From: an uncultured Klebsiella sp.
GTDB lineage: Bacteria > Verrucomicrobiota > Verrucomicrobiia > Limisphaerales > SXTU01
DNA: 64,000 nucleotides
Direction of reading: 5' to 3'
Assembly: GCA_964496695.1 (NCBI GenBank)
Contig: CAZCBE010000013.1
Location: 12,401 to 76,400 of the forward strand
Positions 34,942 to 49,251 of the stretch are shown here, piece by piece (position 1 is the stretch's first letter; every line of letters starts with the position of its first letter). A program made the translations under genes and the position numbers. The notes under the pieces are model-generated. The model did not search any database. It was given only the letters and a program-made list of their open reading frames with translations, and was not told the origin of the DNA.

Positions 34942-35112
34942 AAGTGAACTAATGACCTTACAATTGTTACTCGCATTCGCCGCATTGTCAAAAGCATTGT
35001 TTTACCGGCTGAACCGGCTGAACGCCACAGGATTTCTTGCTGTTTGGCAGCGCAAAAGCCGATTTCAGCGCTTGCCGCCCTACGGGAGATTCCCTAGCGT
35101 CGCCGAAAACCT

Positions 35113-36441
35113 ATGAGTTCCAAGAACCGCATTCTGCTGTCGGTCATGATGTTCCTGCAGTTTTTCGTCTGGGGGGCGTGGTTTGCCACCTTGGGCGCCT
35201 GTCTGGCGGGAAACAATCTGACCGGCATCATCGGTGACGCCTACGGCAGCGCGCCCATCGCGGCCATTATCGCGCCGCTGTTCTTGGGTTTGGTGGCCGA
35301 CCGGTTCTTCAACTCCGAGAAGGCCATGGGCATCCTCCATCTCATCGGCGGCGGCCTGCTTTTCATGGCCCCGGGCCTGGTGGCCAAGGGCGATGGCAAG
35401 TCCCTCGTCTGGCTCTTCACGGCCTACATGCTCTGCTACATGCCCACGCTGGGCCTGAGCAACACCGTGGCCTTCACCAACATTGACGACCGCAACAAAT
35501 TCCCGGCCCTGCGCGTGTGGGGCACCATTGGTTGGATCGTGGCCGGCCTCATCGTCGGCGGCCTTGGCTGGTCCAGCAGCACGCATATCTTCACGCTGGC
35601 GGCGGTGTCCTCGCTGATTCTCGGCGTGGTTTGCTTCCTGCAACCGGCCACACCGCCTCCGGCTGCGGGCAAGCCGATCAACCTCAACGCCCTCCTCATG
35701 GTGGATGCCTTCAAGATGCTGGCCAGCGTGCCCTTTCTGGTCTTCATCGTGTGTTCCACGCTCATCTGCATCCCGCTGGCCTACTACTACGCCTTCACCT
35801 CGAACTACCTGACGCATATCGGCTTCAAGGCCGCTGGCTCGACCATGACCCTGGGGCAGATGTCAGAAATCTTCTTCATGCTGCTGGTGCCGTTCTTCTT
35901 CCGCCGCCTCGGCGTGAAGTGGATGATCTTTGTCGGCATGCTCGCGTGGGTGGTCCGTTACGGCCTCTTCTCCATCGGCGCGCCTGACCAGGTGCTCTGG
36001 ATGATCCTGACGGGAGTGGTCCTCCACGGTGTCTGCTACGACTTCTTCTTTGTCACCGGGTTCATCTATACGGACACGAAAGCCCCGGCCGAAGTGCGCG
36101 GACAGGCGCAGTCCATGCTGGTCTTCTTCACGCAGGGCGTGGGGATGTATTTCGGTTATCAGGTCGCGGGCGGGAAGTTCGGTGCGACGGTCAAGAGCGC
36201 CGAAGCCCTCGGCAAGGCCATGCCTCCGGCGGAGAGCTTCACGTTCTGGGAGTCGTTCGGGAAGATGTTCGCCGCGCAGAAGCCTGAGGTCGCCGGGACT
36301 GTGCTGCAGGACACCATGAACCAGTGGAAGGAATTCTGGATGTTCCCGTGCATCATGGCCGGAGCCATCATGGTGCTCTTCGCCCTTGCCTTCTGGGAAA
36401 AGAAGGAAGTCATCGCCGCCGCCGAGCCGCCGAAGGTTTAA
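35113..36441 (+). CDS. MFS transporter, nucleoside:H+ symporter (NHS) family
   Basis: ILLSVMMFLQFFVWGAWFATLG is the typical NupG/XapB-like N-terminus. About 12 TM helices. Confidence 0.75.
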   Translation: MSSKNRILLSVMMFLQFFVWGAWFATLGACLAGNNLTGIIGDAYGSAPIAAIIAPLFLGLVADRFFNSEKAMGILHLIGGGLLFMAPGLVAKGDGKSLVWLFTAYMLCYMPTLGLSNTVAFTNIDDRNKFPALRVWGTIGWIVAGLIVGGLGWSSSTHIFTLAAVSSLILGVVCFLQPATPPPAAGKPINLNALLMVDAFKMLASVPFLVFIVCSTLICIPLAYYYAFTSNYLTHIGFKAAGSTMTLGQMSEIFFMLLVPFFFRRLGVKWMIFVGMLAWVVRYGLFSIGAPDQVLWMILTGVVLHGVCYDFFFVTGFIYTDTKAPAEVRGQAQSMLVFFTQGVGMYFGYQVAGGKFGATVKSAEALGKAMPPAESFTFWESFGKMFAAQKPEVAGTVLQDTMNQWKEFWMFPCIMAGAIMVLFALAFWEKKEVIAAAEPPKV

Positions 36442-36450
36442 GCGAAGATG

Positions 36451-37020
36451 GAATTTGCCGCGAGAGGGCGCAGAGGACACAAAGAGTCGTCATACGAGCT
36501 TGCGGCATGGGCAGTTCGGATTGGCGCGGTATTTGTGCGTGCGCTTCCCCCTCACCCCGGCCCTCTCCCCAGGGGAGAGGGAGCCACGCAGCCCGCGTCG
36601 CTCAATGCTCACGCCTTGTTCCCGCATCACGGTTCGCTGATTCAGCCTGCGGTTGGATTCAAGCCTAATGCCGTTCGATAACCCGCCGCGACTGTCACGC
36701 TCTCCCTCTCCTCGGGGAGAGGGCCGGGGTGAGAATTCCCGGAACCAAAGCTTCGTGCGGTGAACCCCTGAACCCCGTGCCGGTGGCTTGCAGCCACCGC
36801 GTTGCAGGTGGAGCGCTCGAAGCGGGTTCGTGCTGCTGCGGCCCACGGTCGGCGGCTGCAAGCCGCCGGCACGGGTTTATGGTGAGGGGAAAGGGAGCAT
36901 CCAATGATCGCACCGCAGGCTGCCCGAATTTCATCCTCACTTGGGATTACTCTGGAGGTTGCCGCCGGCAGGCCCAGTGTTCCTGCTCTGCGTTCTTTGT
37001 GCCCTCTCGCGGCAAAATTC
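36451..37020. repeat. Composite non-coding repeat block bounded by inverted ~36-bp termini
   Basis: The termini are gaatttgccgcgagagggcgcagaggacacaaagag (36451-36486) and ...ttctttgtgccctctcgcggcaaaattc (36976-37020), in inverted orientation. Inside is an inverted pair ctcaccccggccctctcccc..ggggagaggg (36551-36585 / 36699-36733), plus ggcttgcagccacc and ggctgcaagccgcc hairpins. Confidence 0.7.
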
Positions 37021-37024
37021 CGGG

Positions 37025-38080
37025 TCACGCCATCCGCACCACGCCGGAGCCTTTGACCACTTCGCCAATGACCCACGCCTGGTGCTTTTTGCCCTGGATG
37101 AATTTCAGCGCCGCTGCGGCCTGCTCGGCTGAGACGATGGCCACCATGCCCACGCCCATGTTGAAGACCTGGTAGAGTTCCGCCTCGTCCACGCCGCCGC
37201 GCTCGGCCAGCAACTGGAACAACGGGCCCATCTCCCAAGTGCCCTTGCGGATGACCACATCGCACTTGGCGGGCAGCACCCGGGGGATGTTGTCCACGAA
37301 GCCGCCGCCGGTAATGTGGGCGAACGCCTTGACCTGATCCGGCTTGCCCGCGCGATTGAACTTCTTCAGCAGCGCCTGCACCAGCGGTCCGTAGCTGACG
37401 TGCACCTTGAGGAGCGCCTCGCCGATGGTGTTGTGCAGGTCGGGAACGAAATCGCCCGGCTGGAACTTGAGCTGCTCGAAGAGAATCTTCCGCGCCAGCG
37501 AGTAGCCGTTGGTGTGCAACCCGCTCGACGCGATGCCGAGGACGACGTCACCGCGCTTCACTGACTTCTGGCCGTTGAGCATGCGGGACTTCTCCACCAC
37601 GCCCACGATCGTGCCGCTCACGTCGTATTCACCCTCCTGGTAGAAGCCTGGCATCTGCGCCGTCTCGCCGCCGATGAGCGTGCAGCCGTTGGCCGCACAC
37701 CCACGCGCAAAACCCTTGATGATGTCCGTGAAGACGTGCGGCTCCAGCTTGCCGGTGCCGAGGTAGTCGAGGAAGAAGAGCGGCTCCGCGCCCAGCACCG
37801 CGATGTCGTTGACGCAGTGGTTCACGAGGTCCTCGCCGATGGTGTCGTGCTTGTTCATCGCGAAGGCGAGCTTGAGCTTGGTGCCCACGCCGTCCACGGA
37901 GCTGACCAGCACCGGCTGCTTGTATTTCTTCACGTCGAGCGCGAAGAGGCCGCCGAAGCCGCCCACCTTGCCGAGGACTTCACGGCGGTGGGTGCTCTTG
38001 AGGAGCTGGGGCAGCGTGCTCTTGACCTGATTGCCCAAATCGATGTCCACCCCGGCGGCGGCGTAAGCTTTCTGTTTCAT
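37025..38080 (-). CDS. purM: Phosphoribosylformylglycinamidine cyclo-ligase (AIR synthetase)
   Basis: MKQKAYAAAGVDIDLGNQ..., SVDGVGTKLKLA, DYLGTGKL, GGETAQMPG. ATG 38080; the upstream part of the ORF lies over a repeat. Confidence 0.9.
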   Translation of the reverse strand: MKQKAYAAAGVDIDLGNQVKSTLPQLLKSTHRREVLGKVGGFGGLFALDVKKYKQPVLVSSVDGVGTKLKLAFAMNKHDTIGEDLVNHCVNDIAVLGAEPLFFLDYLGTGKLEPHVFTDIIKGFARGCAANGCTLIGGETAQMPGFYQEGEYDVSGTIVGVVEKSRMLNGQKSVKRGDVVLGIASSGLHTNGYSLARKILFEQLKFQPGDFVPDLHNTIGEALLKVHVSYGPLVQALLKKFNRAGKPDQVKAFAHITGGGFVDNIPRVLPAKCDVVIRKGTWEMGPLFQLLAERGGVDEAELYQVFNMGVGMVAIVSAEQAAAALKFIQGKKHQAWVIGEVVKGSGVVRMA

Positions 38081-38181
38081 GCGTGAAGTCTGTTGCGCGG
38101 TCCGCCCGATGCGTCGGTCGAGCCGCGAGGGGGCATCTTTCGGAATCCACCGGCTGGCAGCAAGGCAAAGAATTGCGTGTC

Positions 38182-38340
38182 GAAATTCCAAATCCCAAGC
38201 TTCAAATCCCAAACAAGTTCCAAACCCCAAATTTCAAAGGCTGCTGCCGGAAACGGAACCAAAGCTCCGGGCCGGCTTGGGCTTGGAATTTGGAACTTGG
38301 AGCTTCTTTGAGATTTGGAGTTTGGGATTTGGGGATTTCC
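38182..38340. repeat. Loose palindrome built of ccaaat/atttgg units between the PQQ-propeller gene and purM
   Basis: gaaattccaaatcccaagcttcaaatcccaaac...ccaaatttcaaagg faces ...ggaatttggaacttggag...gatttggagtttgggatttggggatttcc. Confidence 0.6.
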
Positions 38341-39648
38341 TCATGGCCCCGGCTTGCCAATCCGCCACAGGTGCTTATGCGTGCGGATGTAGAGGCTGCC
38401 GTCGCTCACGGCATGGGAGGAGTTGGCCAGGTCACCGTCCAACGCGTTCACCCGCACCAGTTCAAACTTGGGACTGGCCTTGAGCGCAATGGTTTCGCTG
38501 GACTGGTTCAAGCAGAGGATGTGGCCATCCACGAGCACCATGGAGGACCAGGAATCGCCTTTCTTGCCGGTTCCTTTCACGCGCTCCTGCCAGAGGGATT
38601 CGCCGGTCTGGAGGTTCAGGCATTCGGCAATGCCCTCGGTGTTGAGGATGTAGGCGTGACCGCCCGAGATGACGCCGGTGCCGAGCCGGTTCTTGGTGCG
38701 GACCGCCTGCCAGAGACGGTGGGTGGCGGTCACATCGCCGCTGCCGCCGAGCTTCACCGCCAGGCTGGTGCCGAAGAAGCCACCCATGGCCACCACCACG
38801 CCCTCGCCCGCGACGGGCGAGCAATAGACCAACTCGTTCAGGCCGTCGCAGTGCCAGAGCGCGCCACCGGTGCGGGGATCGAACGCGCGGACAAACTGCG
38901 GGAAGGTCTGGATCAATTCGTCCCGCTGCCCCGCGCGCACGATGATCGGTGTCGTGAACGTGCCGACCACTCCGCCGCGTTCGCTGCCCTTGAAGCCATC
39001 GGTGCGGGGACGCGGCTCGAGAGCCGGCTCCTTGAACTCCCAGACGGTCTTGCCGCTGCGCTTGTCGAGGCCAAGGAGCCGGGCATTGGGGCCGGGACCG
39101 AAGTAGAGCACGCACATATCCCCGTGGATCAGGGGCGAGGCGGCGTAGGACCACTCATGCGACTGCGCGCCAAGATCGCGCCGCCACAACTCCTGGCCAT
39201 TCATGTCCCAGCAGAACAGCCCCGCTGAGCCGAAGAAGGCGATGACGCGTTCACCATCGGTCACCGGGGAGGCGGCGCAGTGCGGGTTCTTGCCGTAGCG
39301 CTGTTCGCGTTGGGTCCAGGTGGTGCCTTGCTTCCAGAGCAGCTTGCCGTCGCGGCGGTGGTAGCACATCACGGTGCGGCCACCCTCCTTTTCGAAGGAC
39401 TGGGTAAGGAAGATTTTGTCGCCCCAGACCACGGGCGAGGAATCGCCGGGTTCCGGCAACTCGATCTTCCAAAGCACGTTTTCCGTGGCGCTCCAGTGCA
39501 GCGGGACGCTTTTCTCCGGGGATGAGCCATCGCCGTTCGGGCCGCGCCAGGAAGGCCAGTTCGCGCCCATGAGCGTGGTGGCGAGCGAGAGACAGCCAAG
39601 GCTGGCCACCAAACCGCGCGGGAGCGGAATCGCACGAAGGAACTGCAT
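38341..39648 (-). CDS. PQQ-like / BamB-like beta-propeller repeat protein, secreted
   Basis: Signal MQFLRAIPLPRGLVASLGCLSLATTLMGANWPSWRGPNGDG. Repeated W/G-rich propeller blades (LWK..., LWR..., LWH..., LWQ...). ATG 39648. Confidence 0.75.
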   Translation of the reverse strand: MQFLRAIPLPRGLVASLGCLSLATTLMGANWPSWRGPNGDGSSPEKSVPLHWSATENVLWKIELPEPGDSSPVVWGDKIFLTQSFEKEGGRTVMCYHRRDGKLLWKQGTTWTQREQRYGKNPHCAASPVTDGERVIAFFGSAGLFCWDMNGQELWRRDLGAQSHEWSYAASPLIHGDMCVLYFGPGPNARLLGLDKRSGKTVWEFKEPALEPRPRTDGFKGSERGGVVGTFTTPIIVRAGQRDELIQTFPQFVRAFDPRTGGALWHCDGLNELVYCSPVAGEGVVVAMGGFFGTSLAVKLGGSGDVTATHRLWQAVRTKNRLGTGVISGGHAYILNTEGIAECLNLQTGESLWQERVKGTGKKGDSWSSMVLVDGHILCLNQSSETIALKASPKFELVRVNALDGDLANSSHAVSDGSLYIRTHKHLWRIGKPGP

Positions 39649-39940
39649 GGCCGCAGTGTAAATGCGGATGGCACCGCGCCAAGCGGGATTCGCAGTCCTC
39701 GCGGAGCGCCGGTCTCTGACCCGGCGTTGAGACATCCCGATTCTGAAGTTGAACCACGGATGGACACGGATGAACACGGATCAGAGGCAATGAGCGCGCT
39801 CTGCGCGCGCTCACGGCGCATTCCATCCGTGGTTTTCCAAAGTTTATTCTGGATCGCGCCGGGTCGGAGACCGGCGCTCCGCCCGCACACCCGGTGGCTC
39901 GCTTGCCTTTTGAAAGCGTTTCCCTATCGTCCGCGCACCG

Positions 39941-42739
39941 GTGCCAAGCCTCGCGGATAAAATTGAAGCCAGTGCCACCAAACGCCTCACCCTGCCCGCG
40001 GGCAAGGTGCCGGCGCGCGAACTCCCGCGCTACAAGCAGTTCCTCAAGGTCGAATCCGCCCGCCTGAAGATGCTGCACCGGGCCGGGGGCGGCGGACGCG
40101 AGGTGTGCCGCGCGCGCGCCGTGGTGCTGGACGCACTGCACCGGCACATCCTGGAGGCCCTCGTCAACACGCTGCCGGACACGGCCCGAACCAGCCTCCC
40201 ACGTTACGCACTGATCGCCATCGGCGGCTATGGCCGGGGCGAGCTGAATCCGCACAGCGACATTGACATCCTGCTGCTGCACACCGGCGACACCGCCGCG
40301 GCCGCGCGCGGCAAGGTGCATCCCTTCATCAAACTGCTGACCGAGCCCGACGGCCTGCTCTACACGCTCTTCGACCTCGGGCTCAAGGTGGGCTACTCGG
40401 TCCGCACGATTGACGACTGCGTGACGGCCGCAAACGAGAACATCCAGTCCAAAACCTCGCTCATCGAGGCGCGGCTCATCTGCGGTGACGAGGGGCTGTT
40501 CCGGGAGATGCAGCGCGTGGTGCTGGCCCGCTGCGTGATCGGCCACGCCGAGACCTACATCGCCGCGCGCCTCGCGGACCAGGAGTCGCGCCGTCAGAAA
40601 TATGGCAACTCGGCGCTGATGCAGGAGCCGAACATCAAGAACGGCTGCGGCGGCCTGCGCGACTACCAGAACCTGCTGTGGATGGCCTACTTCACCAAGG
40701 ACCGGCCGCGCAACCTGGCGGACCTCCAGGCCAAGGAATTCATCAGCGACGCCGAGCGACGCCAGCTCGACGCGGCCTACGACTATCTCCTGCGCGCGCG
40801 CAACGACCTGCACTACCACACGAACCGCGCGGGCGACGTGCTGACCAAGAGCGTGCAGCCCGCCGTGGCGCACAATCTGGGCTACACGGACCGCTCGCCG
40901 AGCCGGCGGCTGGAGCAGTTCATGCGCGACTACTACCTGCACTCGCGCAACATTGATCTCATCACCCGCACGGTGGAGCGCCGCCTCGCCCTGCTGCCCA
41001 AGCCCGTGCGGATGCCCTTCCTCGCCAAGCTGCTGCCCGGCCGGCGCAAGCAGCCGGAGCCGGTCGTGGATGGCTTCCGCGTGGTGGAGGGAGAACTGCT
41101 GCACCTGTCCCCGCGCGTCTTCCGGGAAGACCCCTGCCGGCTCATGCGCGTGTTCCTTTACGCCCAGCAGCGCGGGGCGAAGCTCCACCCGGACACCGCG
41201 CAACTGCTCCGCAACGAACTGCGGCTCGTGGACTCGGCTTTTCTGCGCAACGACCACGTTCACGAGAGCTTCCGGGAGATTCTTTCCCAGCGGGGCAACG
41301 TGGCGCCCGCGCTCCGGGCCATGCACGAAGTGGACTTCCTCGGCAAGTATCTGCCGGAGTTCGGCCGGCTCACCTGCCTGGTCCAGCACGAGTTCTTCCA
41401 CATTTACACGGCCGACGAGCACACGCTGATGTGCATCCAGAAGCTCGACGACATCTGGGCCGGCCGCGTGCCCAACGCCGCGCCGTATCAGGAGCTGTTC
41501 CAGAAGATCGAGCGGCCCTTCATCCTCTACCTTGCGCTGCTGCTGCATGATTCCGGCAAGGCGGCGCAGGGCCGCCACCACGAGGTGGACAGCGCCAAGC
41601 TTGCCGAGCGCGTGGCGGACCGGCTCCATCTGGATGGCTCCACCACCCACAGCCTGCGGCTGCTCGTGGAGCACCATCTGGCCATCATCCAGATTTCCCA
41701 GCGCCGCGACCTCGACGACCCGGCGGTGGTGCGCTTCTTTGCCGGGCTGGTGCAGACCCCGGAGAACCTCAACAAGCTCACCCTGCTTACGCTCGCCGAC
41801 TCCCTGGGCACCAGCGACAAGCTCTGGAACAGTTTCAAGGACATGCTGCTCTGGACACTTTACCGCAAGACCCTGGCGGAGGTGACCGGGACCACCACCT
41901 TCATCATCGCCGAGGAACGGCAGCGCGAACTGCTCTTCGACGAAGTGGTGCGGCTGCTCCCGCGCGACGTGCAGCTCGGCGAGGCCCAGGCGCACTTCGG
42001 CACCCTGCCCCAGCGTTATTTCCTGATCCACGCCGCCCCGGACATCGTCGCGGACATCAGGCTGACAAACCGCTTCATGCGGAACCTCCTCGGCGACGAT
42101 TCCGAGGTCTCCCTGGCCCCGGCCATCGAATGGGTGGACGAACCGGACCGCGGCTGCTCGCGGGTGAAGATCTGCACCTGGGACCGCGCCGGGCTGTTCA
42201 GCAAGCTCGCGGGGTCCTTCACGGCCGCCGGGCTCAACATCCTGAGCGCGCAGATCTTCACCCGGACCGACCGCGTGGTGCTGGACACCTTCGATGTGAC
42301 CAGCGCCCGCACCGGCGTCCTGGCCGCCAAGGAGGAGAAGGACAAGTTCGACCAGCTCCTGCGCAAGGCGCTGGAGGGGCATGTGGACTTCGACCCGCTC
42401 ATCGCCCGGCAGAAGGTGGCCAACCCGCTCTACCAGTCCCTCGAAGGCGAGCGCATCGGCACCAAGATCGTCTTTGACAACGACACCTCCGGGCGCTGCA
42501 CCGTGATTGACGTGGAGGCGGAGGACCGGGTGGGCCTGCTCTACACCCTGTCGCAGACACTGAGTGAACTGGGCCTGGACATCTCCATCGCCAAGATCAG
42601 CACGGAGCGGGGGGCGGCCATGGACAGCTTCTACGTGACCGAGCAGAACGGTGAAAAGATCGTCGCCCCGCACCGCCAGAACACCATCGAAGCCAAGCTC
42701 CGCACGGCCCTGCTGAACTTCGACCGGAAGGGGAAGTAG
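39941..42739 (+). CDS. glnD: [Protein-PII] uridylyltransferase / uridylyl-removing enzyme
   Basis: NTase core AIGGYGRGELNPHSDIDILLL, GlnD central region, HD domain LLLHDSGK...LADSLGTS, and two C-terminal ACT-like domains. GTG start at 39941. Confidence 0.85.
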   Translation: MPSLADKIEASATKRLTLPAGKVPARELPRYKQFLKVESARLKMLHRAGGGGREVCRARAVVLDALHRHILEALVNTLPDTARTSLPRYALIAIGGYGRGELNPHSDIDILLLHTGDTAAAARGKVHPFIKLLTEPDGLLYTLFDLGLKVGYSVRTIDDCVTAANENIQSKTSLIEARLICGDEGLFREMQRVVLARCVIGHAETYIAARLADQESRRQKYGNSALMQEPNIKNGCGGLRDYQNLLWMAYFTKDRPRNLADLQAKEFISDAERRQLDAAYDYLLRARNDLHYHTNRAGDVLTKSVQPAVAHNLGYTDRSPSRRLEQFMRDYYLHSRNIDLITRTVERRLALLPKPVRMPFLAKLLPGRRKQPEPVVDGFRVVEGELLHLSPRVFREDPCRLMRVFLYAQQRGAKLHPDTAQLLRNELRLVDSAFLRNDHVHESFREILSQRGNVAPALRAMHEVDFLGKYLPEFGRLTCLVQHEFFHIYTADEHTLMCIQKLDDIWAGRVPNAAPYQELFQKIERPFILYLALLLHDSGKAAQGRHHEVDSAKLAERVADRLHLDGSTTHSLRLLVEHHLAIIQISQRRDLDDPAVVRFFAGLVQTPENLNKLTLLTLADSLGTSDKLWNSFKDMLLWTLYRKTLAEVTGTTTFIIAEERQRELLFDEVVRLLPRDVQLGEAQAHFGTLPQRYFLIHAAPDIVADIRLTNRFMRNLLGDDSEVSLAPAIEWVDEPDRGCSRVKICTWDRAGLFSKLAGSFTAAGLNILSAQIFTRTDRVVLDTFDVTSARTGVLAAKEEKDKFDQLLRKALEGHVDFDPLIARQKVANPLYQSLEGERIGTKIVFDNDTSGRCTVIDVEAEDRVGLLYTLSQTLSELGLDISIAKISTERGAAMDSFYVTEQNGEKIVAPHRQNTIEAKLRTALLNFDRKGK

Positions 42740-42757
42740 TTCGGGGGGGCAAATGCT

Positions 42758-42845
42758 GGAGCAGGATTAGGATCAGGATTACGAGCAGGAACTGCAACGC
42801 GGGGCATTCTGCTCGTAATCCTGATCCTGATCCTAATCCTGCTCC
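42758..42845 (+). terminator. Long hairpin of aggat(c/t) hexamer repeats just after the glnD stop
   Basis: ggagcaggattaggatcaggattacgagcag (42758-42788) pairs with ctgctcgtaatcctgatcctgatcctaatcctgctcc (42809-42845). The loop is about 20 nt and there is no clear T-tract. Confidence 0.5.
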
Positions 42846-42989
42846 CTCCGTCCAACTCGGCAGGCAGGTGAACCCCATTGATGCCCGGTTTGCCGGTGAA
42901 TTTCACCCCCTCGCCACCGTCCGTTTCTATGACTTCCGCCGAACGCAGCGCTGTTGCCGCGTCAGCGGGGATTCGTGCATTTTGAAGCT

Positions 42990-48143
<5,154 letters not shown>

Positions 48144-48246
48144 GCGCGGTTGTTCCGTCGCAGTTGGGTGGAGCGCGGCTGTGTCGCGGAGACCAGCCGC
48201 AGCAACCCCGCCCTGCCACCAGCGGCCGATCTCCCCCACAGCATCC

Positions 48247-48389
48247 GAAGTCGCGAAAGCGGCTGGAGTGCGGTGTCTTTCAGCACCGCTCTTTCCCGTG
48301 CAAGGTGAGTGGTGAACTTGCAGCCGTTTTGTGCGCCTAACCGAAAGCGGCGGTGAAACACGCCGCACTCCAGACGCTCGCGCGACTTC
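48247..48389. repeat. Inverted pair of the 'caccgcactccag' repeat family
   Basis: gaagtcgcgaaagcggctggagtgcggtgtctttcagcaccgctctttcc is the reverse complement of ccgaaagcggcggtgaaacacgccgcactccagacgctcgcgcgacttc. Confidence 0.7.
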
Positions 48390-48517
48390 CAGCGTCTCGG
48401 GCCGCCGCGAACGAAGAACTCTCCGGAGTGGATGCGCCGGCTACAAGAAACTGGGATGTGCCTCGCAGCAACTTGCAAATGCAGTTCGGCTTGCATGTGC
48501 GGGCCCGAACTTGCGTG

Positions 48518-49159
48518 ATGAGGTGCGCTATGCTGATTCGGGAATTCAACCTCAGCCCGGGGCTGCTGGCTGCTTTGCGCTGTCCTGGCTGCGGAGCGCC
48601 CATGACTCATCGCCCCGTGATGGACCCGTTCGTCCACGGCTTGGTATGCGCGAAAGGGCACCGCTATTTCCAAACCCTCCGCATGCCGGCGCGGGAACAG
48701 TGCGTCATCGCCAAGAAATTCGACCCGGGCTATCCCGACGGACTGACGCTGGAGGAGAAGGTCCGGTTTTGGTTCGAGAATCCGCGCTGCCGCGAGAACT
48801 TCTTTGATTGCGCCGCCAACATCGCCCGGCGCATCTACGAAGTCACGGTCCTCGGTGACAACGCCCCGGCCCCGCCGCTCCATGGTCATTGCCCGATCTG
48901 CGCCCAGACCTTGGACGGATCGTTCCAGACGCCGGATGGGTGGACTTTGGGCGCAAGCTGCGCCGCAGGGCACCAGTTCCTTCTGGCCCGGGAAATCTGC
49001 GCCTACGGCCTAGGCGAACCCATCAACCTGAAGCCGGAGCCGGACTTCCTGGAGATCAAAACCTACGCGGAAGTCTATACGGACAAGCGCTACGCCCGGG
49101 ACATCCATGCCGACATCCGGGTCTTCATGAAACGCTATATGGATGGCTTGGCCAGGTGA
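48518..49159 (+). CDS. Hypothetical protein with two zinc-ribbon-like modules
   Basis: CPGCGAPM...CAKGHRYF and CPICAQTL...CAAGHQFL. The start is uncertain (ATG 48518 or 48530); the upstream part of the ORF lies over repeats. Confidence 0.45.
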   Translation: MRCAMLIREFNLSPGLLAALRCPGCGAPMTHRPVMDPFVHGLVCAKGHRYFQTLRMPAREQCVIAKKFDPGYPDGLTLEEKVRFWFENPRCRENFFDCAANIARRIYEVTVLGDNAPAPPLHGHCPICAQTLDGSFQTPDGWTLGASCAAGHQFLLAREICAYGLGEPINLKPEPDFLEIKTYAEVYTDKRYARDIHADIRVFMKRYMDGLAR

Positions 49160-49251
49160 ATGATCAGGGGCTTTTTCGGCACCGGACCGGAGCAGGCATG
49201 CACGCGCAACCTGAAGGTTGCGACTACGGAGGACGGGAGCCGCCAGCTCGC

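Noticed and set aside
33196-34947. 583-aa +-strand ORF
   Set aside because: It is antisense to sulfite reductase, which carries the siroheme/Fe-S cysteine motifs.
34942-35112. Divergent promoter region between cysI and the nucleoside transporter (TTGACA on the minus strand at 34986-34991)
   Set aside because: The -35 match is perfect, but the best -10 candidates (TAACAA at 16-nt spacing) are weak. That is not enough support to call a feature without transcript mapping.
39251-42673. 1,140-aa minus-strand ORF
   Set aside because: It is antisense to glnD, which has NTase, HD and ACT motifs. It shows shadow-ORF composition.
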